Counted from the first letter of the stretch, positions 7,435 through 16,404 are shown. The stretch is 50,487 bases of DNA from Pyrinomonadaceae bacterium (GCA_043772175.1 JAYVGL010000167.1:1-50487), one strand, 5' to 3'. A program made the numbers and translations. Notes: a model not told the origin generated them from the letters alone.

Positions 7435-8859
7435 ATGCAGAAACCACCCGCCGAACTAAAAAAGCGAACGCGGAAAATGAACAAAAAAGTCGTTCGCAAA
7501 AAGGCGAAATACGTTTTGTGCTGGCTCCAACAGAACCTTCGCGCTTTTGACAATCCGATTATTGACGCGGCGATTGCGGCAGGGAACAATTTGAATCTGC
7601 CGGTCGTCGTTTATCACGGGCTGGGGCAAAAATATCCGTACGCCAACGACCGTCTGCACAAATTTATCGTCGAAGCCGCCGCCGCGCTCGCGCCCGCCGT
7701 CGAAGAACGCGGACTGCGCTGTCTGAATTACATCGAGCGTCCGGGGAAATATGAAAAAGGTTTGGTTTATCGTTTGGCAAAAGACGCGGCGGCGATTTTT
7801 ACCGACGACGTTCCGGCATACATCGTGCGCCGGCAAACTGAAAGCGTCGCCGCCAAAGCCGATCTCGCGGTGTTCGCCGTTGACGCTTCGTGCGTCGTGC
7901 CGATGAACGAATTTCCGTTTCAAGCCGAAGCGAACGCTTTTTTTCGCCGCGCTCACACGCCTTTTCGGGAGCAGTATCTGAACGCAAAAACCGAAATGTC
8001 GCCGGAAATTTCACGTTACGAAGACGGATTCGATTTTGAGCCGGACGATTTGGCGACACTGGACACTGATAAACTGATCGCCGAATGCGAGATTGACCAC
8101 AGCGTTTTGTCGGTCGAAAGTTTTTCCGGTTCGCGGGAAGCGGCTTTGCGGCGTTTGCAGTGGGCGTGCGAAAAGGTTCTGCCGGTTTACGAAAGTATGC
8201 GCTCGAATCCGGCGCATCCTTTGTGCGGGACGCGCCTTTCGCCTTACCTGCATTTCGGCGTTTTGAGTGCGCGGGAAGTTATTTGGGAAATTCGCAAACA
8301 CGCGGACGGCAAGCAGAAAAACTGGCGCGTTTCGGATGAAATTTTATCGTGGCGCGAATTTTTTCATCATCAGGCGCGGTTTGAAAACGATCCGGCGGCT
8401 TACGAAACGCTGCCTGGATGGGCGCGGGAAACTCTCGCTAAACACGCGCCCGAACGCGCTGGTTCGCCGACGCTCGACCAGATTATTCACGGCGAAACCG
8501 AGGATGAAACGTGGAACGCAGCGCAGAAACAATATCTTTTGGAAGCGTGGATGCCGAATAATATCCGTATGTATTGGGGCAAACGGCTGGTCGGCTGGCG
8601 CAAAACGCCGGAAGAAGCGTGGCGGACGGCGTGTTATCTGAACGACCGTTTCAGTCTCGACGGGCGCGACGCGGCGACTTACGGCAACCTCGCCTGGTGT
8701 TTCGGCAAAATAAATCACCCGTCGGGCGAACACGAAATTTACGGCAGAGTCGGGCGACCGTGGGACGCGGCGATGCGGAAACGAAAAGGTGTCAGCGAAT
8801 GGCTCGCCGAACAAGCCAAGCGCGAAACTTACCGCGTTTTCGTCCCGGAAGAAGTTTGA
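7435..8859 (+). CDS. class II-type deoxyribodipyrimidine photolyase-like flavoprotein
   Basis: NNIRMYWGKRLVGW and LNDRFSLDGRDAATYGNLAWCFG resemble the class II photolyase C-terminal FAD-binding region. Alternative starts are TTG 7417 and ATG 7477. Confidence 0.8.
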   Translation: MQKPPAELKKRTRKMNKKVVRKKAKYVLCWLQQNLRAFDNPIIDAAIAAGNNLNLPVVVYHGLGQKYPYANDRLHKFIVEAAAALAPAVEERGLRCLNYIERPGKYEKGLVYRLAKDAAAIFTDDVPAYIVRRQTESVAAKADLAVFAVDASCVVPMNEFPFQAEANAFFRRAHTPFREQYLNAKTEMSPEISRYEDGFDFEPDDLATLDTDKLIAECEIDHSVLSVESFSGSREAALRRLQWACEKVLPVYESMRSNPAHPLCGTRLSPYLHFGVLSAREVIWEIRKHADGKQKNWRVSDEILSWREFFHHQARFENDPAAYETLPGWARETLAKHAPERAGSPTLDQIIHGETEDETWNAAQKQYLLEAWMPNNIRMYWGKRLVGWRKTPEEAWRTACYLNDRFSLDGRDAATYGNLAWCFGKINHPSGEHEIYGRVGRPWDAAMRKRKGVSEWLAEQAKRETYRVFVPEEV

Positions 8860-8868
8860 GTTGAAAAG

Positions 8869-9002
8869 ATGTTTAGAAACCCAGAATTTTGCCCACGAAA
8901 TACACGAATCAAACGAAAAAAGACAAAAATCACTTTAACGCCCGATTTAATTTTTCGTGAATTTAGTGTGTTTCGTGGGCAAAATTCTGGGTTTCTAAAC
9001 AT
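8869..9002. repeat. 134-bp palindromic intergenic element (37-nt arms, 36/37 complementary)
   Basis: ATGTTTAGAAACCCAGAATTTTGCCCACGAAATACAC (8869-8905) pairs with its complement at 8966-9002. The inner segment GCCCACGAAATACACGAATCAAACGAAAAA recurs at 17531-17560 (28/30). Confidence 0.9.
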
Positions 9003-9086
9003 AGTTTTTAGTGGAAATTTGAAACGTCGTTTCTAAAAATTTCGTTTTACAATGTGAATGATTTTTCGTTTCGGGAGTAGGAAATT

Positions 9087-9713
9087 ATGGAATGGTTTTC
9101 AACCTTGAGTTTGGCACTCGGCACAGCCTGGACTTCGGGCATCAATCTTTACGCGACCGTCACGGTTTTGGGCTTGCTGCAAAAGTTTAATCTGACGCAT
9201 TTGCCCGGCGGTTTGGATGTTTTGGATAATTGGTGGATTATCGGCATCGCCGGATTTCTCTACGCGGTCGAGTTTTTCGCCGATAAAATTCCTTACGTTG
9301 ATTCGATCTGGGATGTCATACACACTTTTATCCGCGTTCCGGCGGGCGCAATTGTCGCTTACGCGGCGACGAATCAAACCGACGCGGGCGTTCAGACGAT
9401 TGCCGCTCTGCTCGGCGGCGGGCTGGCGTTTTCATCGCACGGCACGAAAACGGCTTTGCGGATGGGCGCGAACCTTTCGCCCGAACCCGTCTCCAACTGG
9501 ATTTTATCAATCGTCGAGGACATCATCGCCTTTGCGGGAACGCTTCTCGCGGTTTTCGCGCCGGTTTTGATTGCAATTGTCTTGCTGATTTTCGCCGTTT
9601 TCTTCATCTGGTTTTTCCCGAAAGTCGTGCGCGGCGTAAGAAAATTATTCGACGGCATTCGCGCACTTTTTCGCGGCGAAAATTACCGCGAAGCTGCTCG
9701 CAGGTCGGTTTGA
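9087..9713 (+). CDS. DUF4126 membrane protein
   Basis: TSGINLYATVTVLGLL ... AVEFFADKIPYVDSIWD is typical of DUF4126, and the protein has several TM helices. Confidence 0.8.
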   Translation: MEWFSTLSLALGTAWTSGINLYATVTVLGLLQKFNLTHLPGGLDVLDNWWIIGIAGFLYAVEFFADKIPYVDSIWDVIHTFIRVPAGAIVAYAATNQTDAGVQTIAALLGGGLAFSSHGTKTALRMGANLSPEPVSNWILSIVEDIIAFAGTLLAVFAPVLIAIVLLIFAVFFIWFFPKVVRGVRKLFDGIRALFRGENYREAARRSV

Positions 9714-10005
9714 AGTTTGTATTAAAGATTGATGTTGTTTGACTAAGACGGTATTTCAGCGAGTCATACGACAATCAGCAAGCAAAGTGCAAACGCTCGT
9801 TGAAATTTTAATGGAATCAATTCGTAAAAATAATTTCGCCCCGTTTTGTGTTCTGATTCTTGTTTTCGCGCGCGCTCTGATCGAACTTCTATTGTTTTTC
9901 GTCTGACGTTTTGCCTGCTTTATTTTATGATACGATATTTTTAAGAAAGCATCACAAATGTATGTTAGCTGGCGAAATCGTCCGGGGAGAGATCAAAACG
10001 AACAG

Positions 10006-10206
10006 ATGAATTTAGAAAGAATTTTTCAAATTATAGCGGTAATTCTGATCGGAGTTGCCGCGTTTTTCTTGTGGAAAGGCAATAATGACGGCTTGTTTAT
10101 CGCGGCGGTCGTCGCGGCGGTGAGTTTTTTTCTGAGCATTCGGTTTCAAGTGAAAGAGCGTTTGGAACAGCGGAAGAAAGAACCAGCGGACGAGAGTAAA
10201 GCGTAG
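10006..10206 (+). CDS. small two-TM membrane protein
   Basis: MNLERIFQIIAVILIGVAAFFLW ... LFIAAVVAAVSFFLSI, followed by a charged tail. No family recognised. Confidence 0.5.
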   Translation: MNLERIFQIIAVILIGVAAFFLWKGNNDGLFIAAVVAAVSFFLSIRFQVKERLEQRKKEPADESKA

Positions 10207-10227
10207 ATTTCGAGCGTCCGAACCTTT

Positions 10228-11526
10228 ATGAAAATCGTTATCTCAACCTTCGGCTCGCTCGGCGATTTGCATCCGCTGCTGGCTCTGGCGATTGAACTGC
10301 GAACTCGCGGACACGAAATCGCCGTCAATTCTTCAGAGGCTTACCGCGAAAAAATCGCCGCGCTCGGTTTTGAATTTTTCCCGCTGCGTCCCGACCTCGA
10401 CCCGGAGAAAGACCGCGCTCTCGCCCGCGAAATTATGGATGCTCGCAAAGGCACGGAAAAACTGCTGCGTGAAATTCTGATTCCGAATATTCGCCCGATG
10501 TATGAAGATTTGATGAAGGCGTTGGTCGGCGCGGATTTGCTGATTTCCGGCGAAGTCGTTTATCCGGCAAGCTCGGCGGTCGAAAAAACCGGAGTCCGCT
10601 GGATTACGACGAGTCTCGCGCCCGCGTCTTTTCTGTCGCCGCACGACCCGTTCGTGCCGCCGACGGCGCAGTGGCTGAAGAATTTTCGATTTCTCGGCGC
10701 GACATTTCACGGCGCGATGTATTCGCTGGTCGAGCGGATGGTCGCCTCGTGGCTCGCACCTTACCGAGAATTCCGGCGCGAAATCGGCTTACGGGAAAAT
10801 CACGATCCGGTTTTTAGAGACAAGTATTCAAACTTACTTCACTTGGCGATGTTCTCAAAAGTTCTCGGCAAGCCGCAACCCGACTGGCACTCGCCGACTT
10901 TGCAAACCGGATTTTGTTTTTACGACGGGCAGAATGATTTGGGGAAGATGCCGGAAAAATTAACCGAATTTCTCGACGCGGGCGAGCCGCCGATTGTTTT
11001 CACGCTCGGTTCCGCCGCCGTGATGGACGCGCGGGATTTTTTTGAGGAAAGCGGACGCGCCGCGCAGATTTTGAATCGCCGCGCCGTTCTGCTTTACGGA
11101 ATTTTTAACGAAGCACCGAAAATAGTGGAAAGTGGAAAGTGGAAAGTGGAAAATGCGGCAGAGAGACAATCGAACATCGCGGCGTTCGATTACGCACCGT
11201 ATTCGCAGATTTTTCCGCGGGTGGCGTGCGTCGTTCATCAGGGCGGAGTCGGGACGACGGCGCAGGTTTTGCGCGCCGGAGTTCCGGCTTTGATGATGCC
11301 GTATTCACACGATCAGCCGGACAACGCGGCGCGCTGCGAACGAATCGGCACGGCGCGTTCGATTTCACGCGACAAATACACGGCGGAAAGTGCGGCGAAG
11401 GAGTTGCGCGAACTGCTTTCAAATTCGAGTTACCGAGTCAAAGCCGTCGAAGCCGCCAAAATCGTCAACGCCGAATTCGGAACGAAAATCGCCTGCGACG
11501 CGATTGAAAAAGTCACGTTGAGATAA
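10228..11526 (+). CDS. GT1-family glycosyltransferase (MGT / UDP-glycosyltransferase-like)
   Basis: N-terminal GSLGDLHP motif. C-terminal nucleotide-sugar motif HQGGVGTTAQVLRAGVPALMMPYSHDQPDNA. Confidence 0.85.
   Translation: MKIVISTFGSLGDLHPLLALAIELRTRGHEIAVNSSEAYREKIAALGFEFFPLRPDLDPEKDRALAREIMDARKGTEKLLREILIPNIRPMYEDLMKALVGADLLISGEVVYPASSAVEKTGVRWITTSLAPASFLSPHDPFVPPTAQWLKNFRFLGATFHGAMYSLVERMVASWLAPYREFRREIGLRENHDPVFRDKYSNLLHLAMFSKVLGKPQPDWHSPTLQTGFCFYDGQNDLGKMPEKLTEFLDAGEPPIVFTLGSAAVMDARDFFEESGRAAQILNRRAVLLYGIFNEAPKIVESGKWKVENAAERQSNIAAFDYAPYSQIFPRVACVVHQGGVGTTAQVLRAGVPALMMPYSHDQPDNAARCERIGTARSISRDKYTAESAAKELRELLSNSSYRVKAVEAAKIVNAEFGTKIACDAIEKVTLR
11124..11151 (+). repeat. perfect tandem heptamer (AGTGGAA)x4 inside the glycosyltransferase CDS
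   Basis: The four copies sit at 11124-11130, 11131-11137, 11138-11144 and 11145-11151 and encode VESGKWKVEN. Confidence 0.95.
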
Positions 11527-11529
11527 ATT

Positions 11530-12177
11530 ATGCCGAAACTGAATCATTTACTGGAAAATAATCAAAATTGGGTGAAGGAAATCACCGACGAAACTCCCGA
11601 TTTTTTTCGTGCGCTGGCGAACGAGCAAAAGCCGTCTTATCTGTGGATCGGCTGTTCGGACAGCCGCATTCCCGCCAACGCCGCTCTCGGATTGATGCCG
11701 GGCGAACTTTTCGTGCATCGCAACATCTCGAATCTCGTCGTTCATTCTGATTTGAACTGCCTTTCCGTCATTCAATACGCCATCGAAGTTTTGCAGATTG
11801 ATAACATCATCGTCTGCGGTCACTACAACTGCGGCGGTGTCAAAGCCGCGCTCGAAAACCCGGAACTCGGTTTGATTAACAACTGGCTGCGGCATATTCA
11901 GGAAACCGCCCGGCTTCACGAAAACACGCTGAACGGAATTGATGATCTTCAACAGCGCGTGAACAAACTTTGCGAGTTGAACATCATCAAACAGGTTCTG
12001 AACGCGGCGGAGACGACCTTCGTGCAAAAAGCGTGGGAAATCAATCGAAAAACGACGATTCACGGATGGATTTACGATTTGCGCGACGGGCTGATTCGAG
12101 ATTTGAAGGTCAGTCTCGAAAACGTCGAACAGATGCGCCTGTTAAGACGCAATTTCTGGAATGAAAAAGCGAATTGA
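11530..12177 (+). CDS. can: beta-class carbonic anhydrase
   Basis: Zinc ligand motifs CSDSR and HYNCGG. The overall length and N-terminus resemble E. coli Can. Confidence 0.92.
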   Translation: MPKLNHLLENNQNWVKEITDETPDFFRALANEQKPSYLWIGCSDSRIPANAALGLMPGELFVHRNISNLVVHSDLNCLSVIQYAIEVLQIDNIIVCGHYNCGGVKAALENPELGLINNWLRHIQETARLHENTLNGIDDLQQRVNKLCELNIIKQVLNAAETTFVQKAWEINRKTTIHGWIYDLRDGLIRDLKVSLENVEQMRLLRRNFWNEKAN

Positions 12178-12209
12178 CGTAGAATGCTTATCGGCAAAGG
12201 AGATTGAAA

Positions 12210-12419
12210 ATGGCGAACACGATTACATTTGAAATGACGGAAACACAGGCGAAGAGTTTTGAGAGACTTCTTGATGAGTTTAACGACACAATGAAACGGG
12301 CGACGAAAGATGAACCGGCGCGGGAAGCGGAACGCTCTAAGCTGCGAACCGAAACTCATCTTTTACTGGCGCAAGCCGGTGAGGAATTGAAAAAAATTAA
12401 AGCCGTCAATTCGAATTAG
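12210..12419 (+). CDS. small hypothetical protein
   Basis: AAGGAG lies 7 nt upstream of ATG 12210. The product is a 69-aa charged helical protein. No family recognised. Confidence 0.5.
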   Translation: MANTITFEMTETQAKSFERLLDEFNDTMKRATKDEPAREAERSKLRTETHLLLAQAGEELKKIKAVNSN

Positions 12420-12682
12420 AAGCGTTTCCGAATAGATGTGGGAGAAAATCTATAATGCTCTGGCAACACTCGGGACCATCGGCGTTAAAGTTGAAAAGCA
12501 CGAAAAGGAAATTGATTTGCTGAGAACGGAAATGCGGTAGGTTTCCGCGATGCTGCACGAAGTTCTCGCTGAGTTGCGAAACGTCAAGCAACACCACAAA
12601 TCGGATCAGCGTGAAGTGAATTTGTTCGTCGAAAATGAAATGCTTAAATTTGAACGCCGTCTGCCGTCGGGAAAAGAAGAAA

Positions 12683-14611
12683 ATGAGAAAAAAGACTAGT
12701 ATTATTTTAATTATCTTGTGTTGCGCTTTGGGCGTTTCCGCGCAGATGTCGCGGAAACCTTCGCCGACTCGTGAACCGGAAGGCGCGATGTTGAAAAAGC
12801 CGGATTCGGAAAAACGATTCGTGCCGAAAATCGCGTCGCGGAAGGAATTCGATAAGATGGCGCGGACGTATCATCAGAATACGCCGTATGCTTTGCCGCA
12901 CGCGATGTTTATTATTGACCGCCGTTTTAAAAACAAAATTTATTTCGTTAACTCGCAAAAATACCGTTTTCACAAAGATTTCCTGCTCGCAAATTATCTG
13001 GTCGCTCGCGGCGAAGACGTTTTTACGCCGATTTACATCAATCAAAATCGCCGCTTTATCGTCGGGACGATTGCGTTTCAGAAGCCGATTGAGAGGTTTA
13101 CGTTTGAATTGTGGGAAGGCGATCTGGCTTCGCCCGAATTGATAAAACTGACTTACGACACGATCAACGCGGCGTTTTTTACGGCGGTCGCATATAAACC
13201 GAACTCGATCCGGCAGGATGAAGCGTCGGTAAAACTCAGCATCAGCCGCGTTTCGGCGGACGAAATTCAGAGCAACCAGGAATATCTCGCCCTGAACACG
13301 GGCAAAGCCGTCGGGCGCGTTCACATCATCGAAAAACTCGACGACACGGTGGAAATCGGCGACAACGAGATTTTGATTTTGAAAGAATTGCCGATTAATC
13401 TGCCGCAGGTGCGCGGCATTATCATCGCCAAACCGTCAACGCCTTTGTCGCACATCAACATTCTGGCGCGCGGTTGGGGAATTCCGAATGTTTACATCAA
13501 AGATGCCGACAAACTTTTCAAAGAATTAGACACCTACGTGATCGAATTCGACGCGACGCTGACCGATTACAAATATAAACGCGCCGATTTGGAAACGGTG
13601 AAAAAACAATTCGTTGACCCGGAACAAGCCGTCGCGCCGTCGGATTTGAAAGTAACGAAACTCACTTCGATTCGTGAAATGCGGGCGCGGGACAGCATCG
13701 CTTTCGGCGGAAAATCGGCGAATCTGGGCGAGATGATTAACGCGAAAAATCCGAACATCACGATTCCCGAAGGTTTTACCGTGCCGTTTTACTGGTATGA
13801 TAAATTTATGCGCGAGAACGGTTTGAACGACAAAATTGACGTTCTGATGGACGATTTGGATTTCGTTCACAACCCGCGCATCCGTCGTCAAAAACTGGAA
13901 GAATTTCGCAGCGAGATAAACAACGCCAAATTTGACGAGCAGTTAAAAGCGGAAATTATTAACAGGTGGAAAACCGAACTCGGCGGACAGGGCGTTTTCG
14001 TCCGCAGTTCGTCGAACGCCGAAGATTTGCCGAATTTTTCCGGCGCGGGACTTTATTCAAGCGTGGCGAACGTCAAAACCGACGAAAAAGTGATCGAAGC
14101 GGTGAAAAAAGTTTGGTCGTCTCTGTGGAATTTCGAGGCGTATGAAGCCCGCGTCAGAAATTACGTTAATCAGCGCGAAGTTTTTATGTCGGCGTTGATT
14201 CAGGTCGGCTTAAATATGGACAGCGGCGGCGTTTTGATTACCAAAGACCCGTTCGACCCGGAAAATAAAAACGCCGTTTACATCAGTGCGGTTTGGGGAC
14301 ACAACGAAAAAGTAACGGCGAACGCATTCGTTCCCGAACAGGTTTTATACAATCCGAAATCGAACGCCGTGCAGATTCTGACGCTTTCACAGCAGAATTC
14401 GGTTTTGAAATTCGGCGAGAAAGGCGATTTAATAGAAACCGATGAAAAGTTTGAACGCCGTGTTCTTGATGATAAAAACGTCCGTGAACTCGTCAAAACT
14501 GCCGGACAGATTAAGAGAATTTTCGGCGGAAAAAAAGAACAGGATATTGAATGGGGAATTATGGGCGGCAAAGTCTATATTCTTCAATCGCGCCCTTACA
14601 TTGAGAAATAA
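12683..14611 (+). CDS. exported PEP/pyruvate-binding (PPDK_N ATP-grasp) protein with the swivelling His domain placed N-terminally
   Basis: Signal peptide MRKKTSIILIILCCALGVSAQ. His-domain motif STPLSHINILARGWGIPNV. ATP-grasp motif FGGKSANLGEM, with VFVRSSSNAEDL further downstream. Confidence 0.8.
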   Translation: MRKKTSIILIILCCALGVSAQMSRKPSPTREPEGAMLKKPDSEKRFVPKIASRKEFDKMARTYHQNTPYALPHAMFIIDRRFKNKIYFVNSQKYRFHKDFLLANYLVARGEDVFTPIYINQNRRFIVGTIAFQKPIERFTFELWEGDLASPELIKLTYDTINAAFFTAVAYKPNSIRQDEASVKLSISRVSADEIQSNQEYLALNTGKAVGRVHIIEKLDDTVEIGDNEILILKELPINLPQVRGIIIAKPSTPLSHINILARGWGIPNVYIKDADKLFKELDTYVIEFDATLTDYKYKRADLETVKKQFVDPEQAVAPSDLKVTKLTSIREMRARDSIAFGGKSANLGEMINAKNPNITIPEGFTVPFYWYDKFMRENGLNDKIDVLMDDLDFVHNPRIRRQKLEEFRSEINNAKFDEQLKAEIINRWKTELGGQGVFVRSSSNAEDLPNFSGAGLYSSVANVKTDEKVIEAVKKVWSSLWNFEAYEARVRNYVNQREVFMSALIQVGLNMDSGGVLITKDPFDPENKNAVYISAVWGHNEKVTANAFVPEQVLYNPKSNAVQILTLSQQNSVLKFGEKGDLIETDEKFERRVLDDKNVRELVKTAGQIKRIFGGKKEQDIEWGIMGGKVYILQSRPYIEK

Positions 14612-14633
14612 TTTAATAGAAAATGAGTTTATA

Positions 14634-15320
14634 ATGAGCATATTTGGGAAAAAGAAAATGAACGAACAAGAATACAACAGCGAAGAAGTGAACGAAGAGG
14701 CAATCGAAGGCGAAGTTTTCTTCAACGACCAACGCCGTTTCGACGGCGACGGCGAACGAATCAAAGACGACCCGAAAGCCGCGAACGTCAAATCGCCGGA
14801 AGTCGTCAAACTTGAGAAAGAATTAAAAGATGAACGCCTCCGCCGCGAAGCCGCCGAAGCGAAACTCGTCGGCGTGCAGACGAAATTCGACGAAGTAAAA
14901 GCGCAGATGGAACGCGAAACCCAGGAGATGCGCCAGCGTCTGATGAAAACTCTGGAAGACCGCGCCAAACAGGGGCAATTTAATTTTCTGACGACGCTGC
15001 TGCCGGTTTTAGATAATTTGAATCTCGGCATCAAGGCGAGCGAAACCGATTCGTCATTCGAGCATTTATTATCAGGCGTAAAAGGCACAGCCAGAAGTTT
15101 TGAACAGGCGTTAATCAGCGTCGGTGTCGAACCGATTGCGGCAGTCGGCGAAGTTTTCAACCCGGAAATGCACGAAGCCGTCGAGATGGTCGAAACGAGC
15201 GCAGAAAACGACGACAAAATCGTCGGCGAATTCTCACGCGGCTACAAATTCGGCGACAAATTACTGCGCCCGTCGCGTGTTCAGGTCGGCAAAGCGATTT
15301 CCAAATCGGTCGGCGAGTAA
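14634..15320 (+). CDS. grpE: nucleotide exchange factor GrpE
   Basis: Long coiled coil, then the C-terminal beta domain GVEPIAAVGEVFNPEMHEAVEMVE ... LRPSRVQV. Confidence 0.9.
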   Translation: MSIFGKKKMNEQEYNSEEVNEEAIEGEVFFNDQRRFDGDGERIKDDPKAANVKSPEVVKLEKELKDERLRREAAEAKLVGVQTKFDEVKAQMERETQEMRQRLMKTLEDRAKQGQFNFLTTLLPVLDNLNLGIKASETDSSFEHLLSGVKGTARSFEQALISVGVEPIAAVGEVFNPEMHEAVEMVETSAENDDKIVGEFSRGYKFGDKLLRPSRVQVGKAISKSVGE

Positions 15321-15326
15321 TTTTTT

Positions 15327-15917
15327 ATGGGATTAGCGAAACTGAAAACGGCAACGCTTCTCACGCCCGAAGATTATTTAATTTTCGAGCGTGAAAGCGA
15401 TTCGCGCCACGACTACATTGACGGTGCAATCTTCAAGATGGCGGGCGAAAGTTTTTCGCACAGCCGGATTTGTATGAATTTGACGCGGGAAGTCGGAAAC
15501 AAACTAAAAGGCAAACCGTGTGAGGCGTTGTCGTCGAATATGAAAGTCCGCACGTCGAACGCGAGTTTGTTTTCATATCCTGATTTGACGATTGTCTGCG
15601 GCGAACCGCAGTTTCACGATGTCAAGAAAGACGTTTTTGAAGTTCTCTCGCCTTCGACCGCCGAATATGACCGGACGACGAAATTTCAGCGGTATCGAAT
15701 GAGCAACGAAACTTTGACCGACTATATTTTAATTTCGCAGGACAAATGTTTCGTCGAACGATTTACCAGACAAGCGAAAAATGATTGGTTTTACCGCAGT
15801 TTCGCCGCGCTCGAAGACAACTTGAAAATCGAATCCGTCGAATGCGAACTGAGTTTGCGGGAAATTTACGACCGTGTGGAATTGACGTTGGAAGACGAAG
15901 ATTTTGAGGAAGAATAA
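15327..15917 (+). CDS. Uma2-family (DUF820) endonuclease
   Basis: YIDGAIFKMAGES ... FEVLSPSTAEYDRTTKFQRY is typical of Uma2. Confidence 0.8.
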   Translation: MGLAKLKTATLLTPEDYLIFERESDSRHDYIDGAIFKMAGESFSHSRICMNLTREVGNKLKGKPCEALSSNMKVRTSNASLFSYPDLTIVCGEPQFHDVKKDVFEVLSPSTAEYDRTTKFQRYRMSNETLTDYILISQDKCFVERFTRQAKNDWFYRSFAALEDNLKIESVECELSLREIYDRVELTLEDEDFEEE

Positions 15918-15918
15918 A

Positions 15919-16401
15919 ATGGATTCACAGTTTTTGCAGGCGGAAGAACTCGGCATCAAACTTGAAATCGTCAACGGGTTGCCGGTTTGGGAAGCATCGC
16001 CGGTAATGCGCCATCAGATGGCAGTTGATCGCATTCGTGAATCAATTAAACATTCTGAAACAGCCGAGAACTGCGATTGTTTTCACGTCGCCGACATTTA
16101 CGTTCAGTTTCCCGACGGTTCGTTGAAGCGTCCCGACATTTCGATTTATTGTAAAACGCCGTCTGAAACCGACGAAGCCGTCAAAGATGTTCCCGATGCG
16201 GTGATCGAAATCATCAGCAAAGGTTATGAGAAAAAGGATTTGGAAATCGGCGTTCCGTTCTATTTGGCAAACGGTGTCAAAGATATTGTCGTTTTCAATC
16301 CATACACAGATGAAGTTTTGTATTTCCGAGATGGCGAAAAGCGCGAACTGACTTCGCCCATCGAGATCGAATTGGAATGCGGCTGTTCCTGCACGGTTTA
16401 A
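15919..16401 (+). CDS. Uma2-family (DUF820) endonuclease, second copy
   Basis: PDAVIEIISKGYEKKDLEIGVPFYLANGVKDIVVFNP. ATG 15919 follows the stop of the first copy directly. Confidence 0.8.
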   Translation: MDSQFLQAEELGIKLEIVNGLPVWEASPVMRHQMAVDRIRESIKHSETAENCDCFHVADIYVQFPDGSLKRPDISIYCKTPSETDEAVKDVPDAVIEIISKGYEKKDLEIGVPFYLANGVKDIVVFNPYTDEVLYFRDGEKRELTSPIEIELECGCSCTV

Positions 16402-16404
16402 GCA

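Noticed and set aside
9958-10230. ORF 9958..10206 and the glycosyltransferase ORF (10228..) are in the same frame and separated by one TAG, which could suggest readthrough or fusion.
   Set aside because: The upstream product is a small membrane protein unrelated to GT1 enzymes, and the GT starts with its normal N-terminal motif at the ATG. The shared frame is coincidental.
10885-10904. TGGCAC...TTGCA might be a sigma-54 -24/-12 promoter. A similar TTGGCACAGGATGCT occurs near 21787, and TGGAAATTTCCGATTTGCA occurs on the minus strand of 3990-4010.
   Set aside because: The GG-to-GC spacing is 16, 10 and 15 nt respectively, against the required 12. Two of the three sites are also inside coding sequences.
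12707-13324. Long antisense ORFs lie opposite recognised genes. They include 11548..12063 -, 34558..35349 -, 45675..46355 -, 49346..50038 +, 30791..31450 +, 7456..7956 - and 20186..20728 -.
   Set aside because: Each lies entirely within a gene that has clear family motifs on the other strand. Their translations are Arg/Phe-rich low-complexity sequence, typical of shadow frames.
15327-15917. The first Uma2 gene may carry an internal in-frame deletion (…HDVKKDV-FEVLSPST…).
   Set aside because: This rests only on my memory of typical spacing in the family. The ORF is intact and I cannot verify the claim without an alignment.
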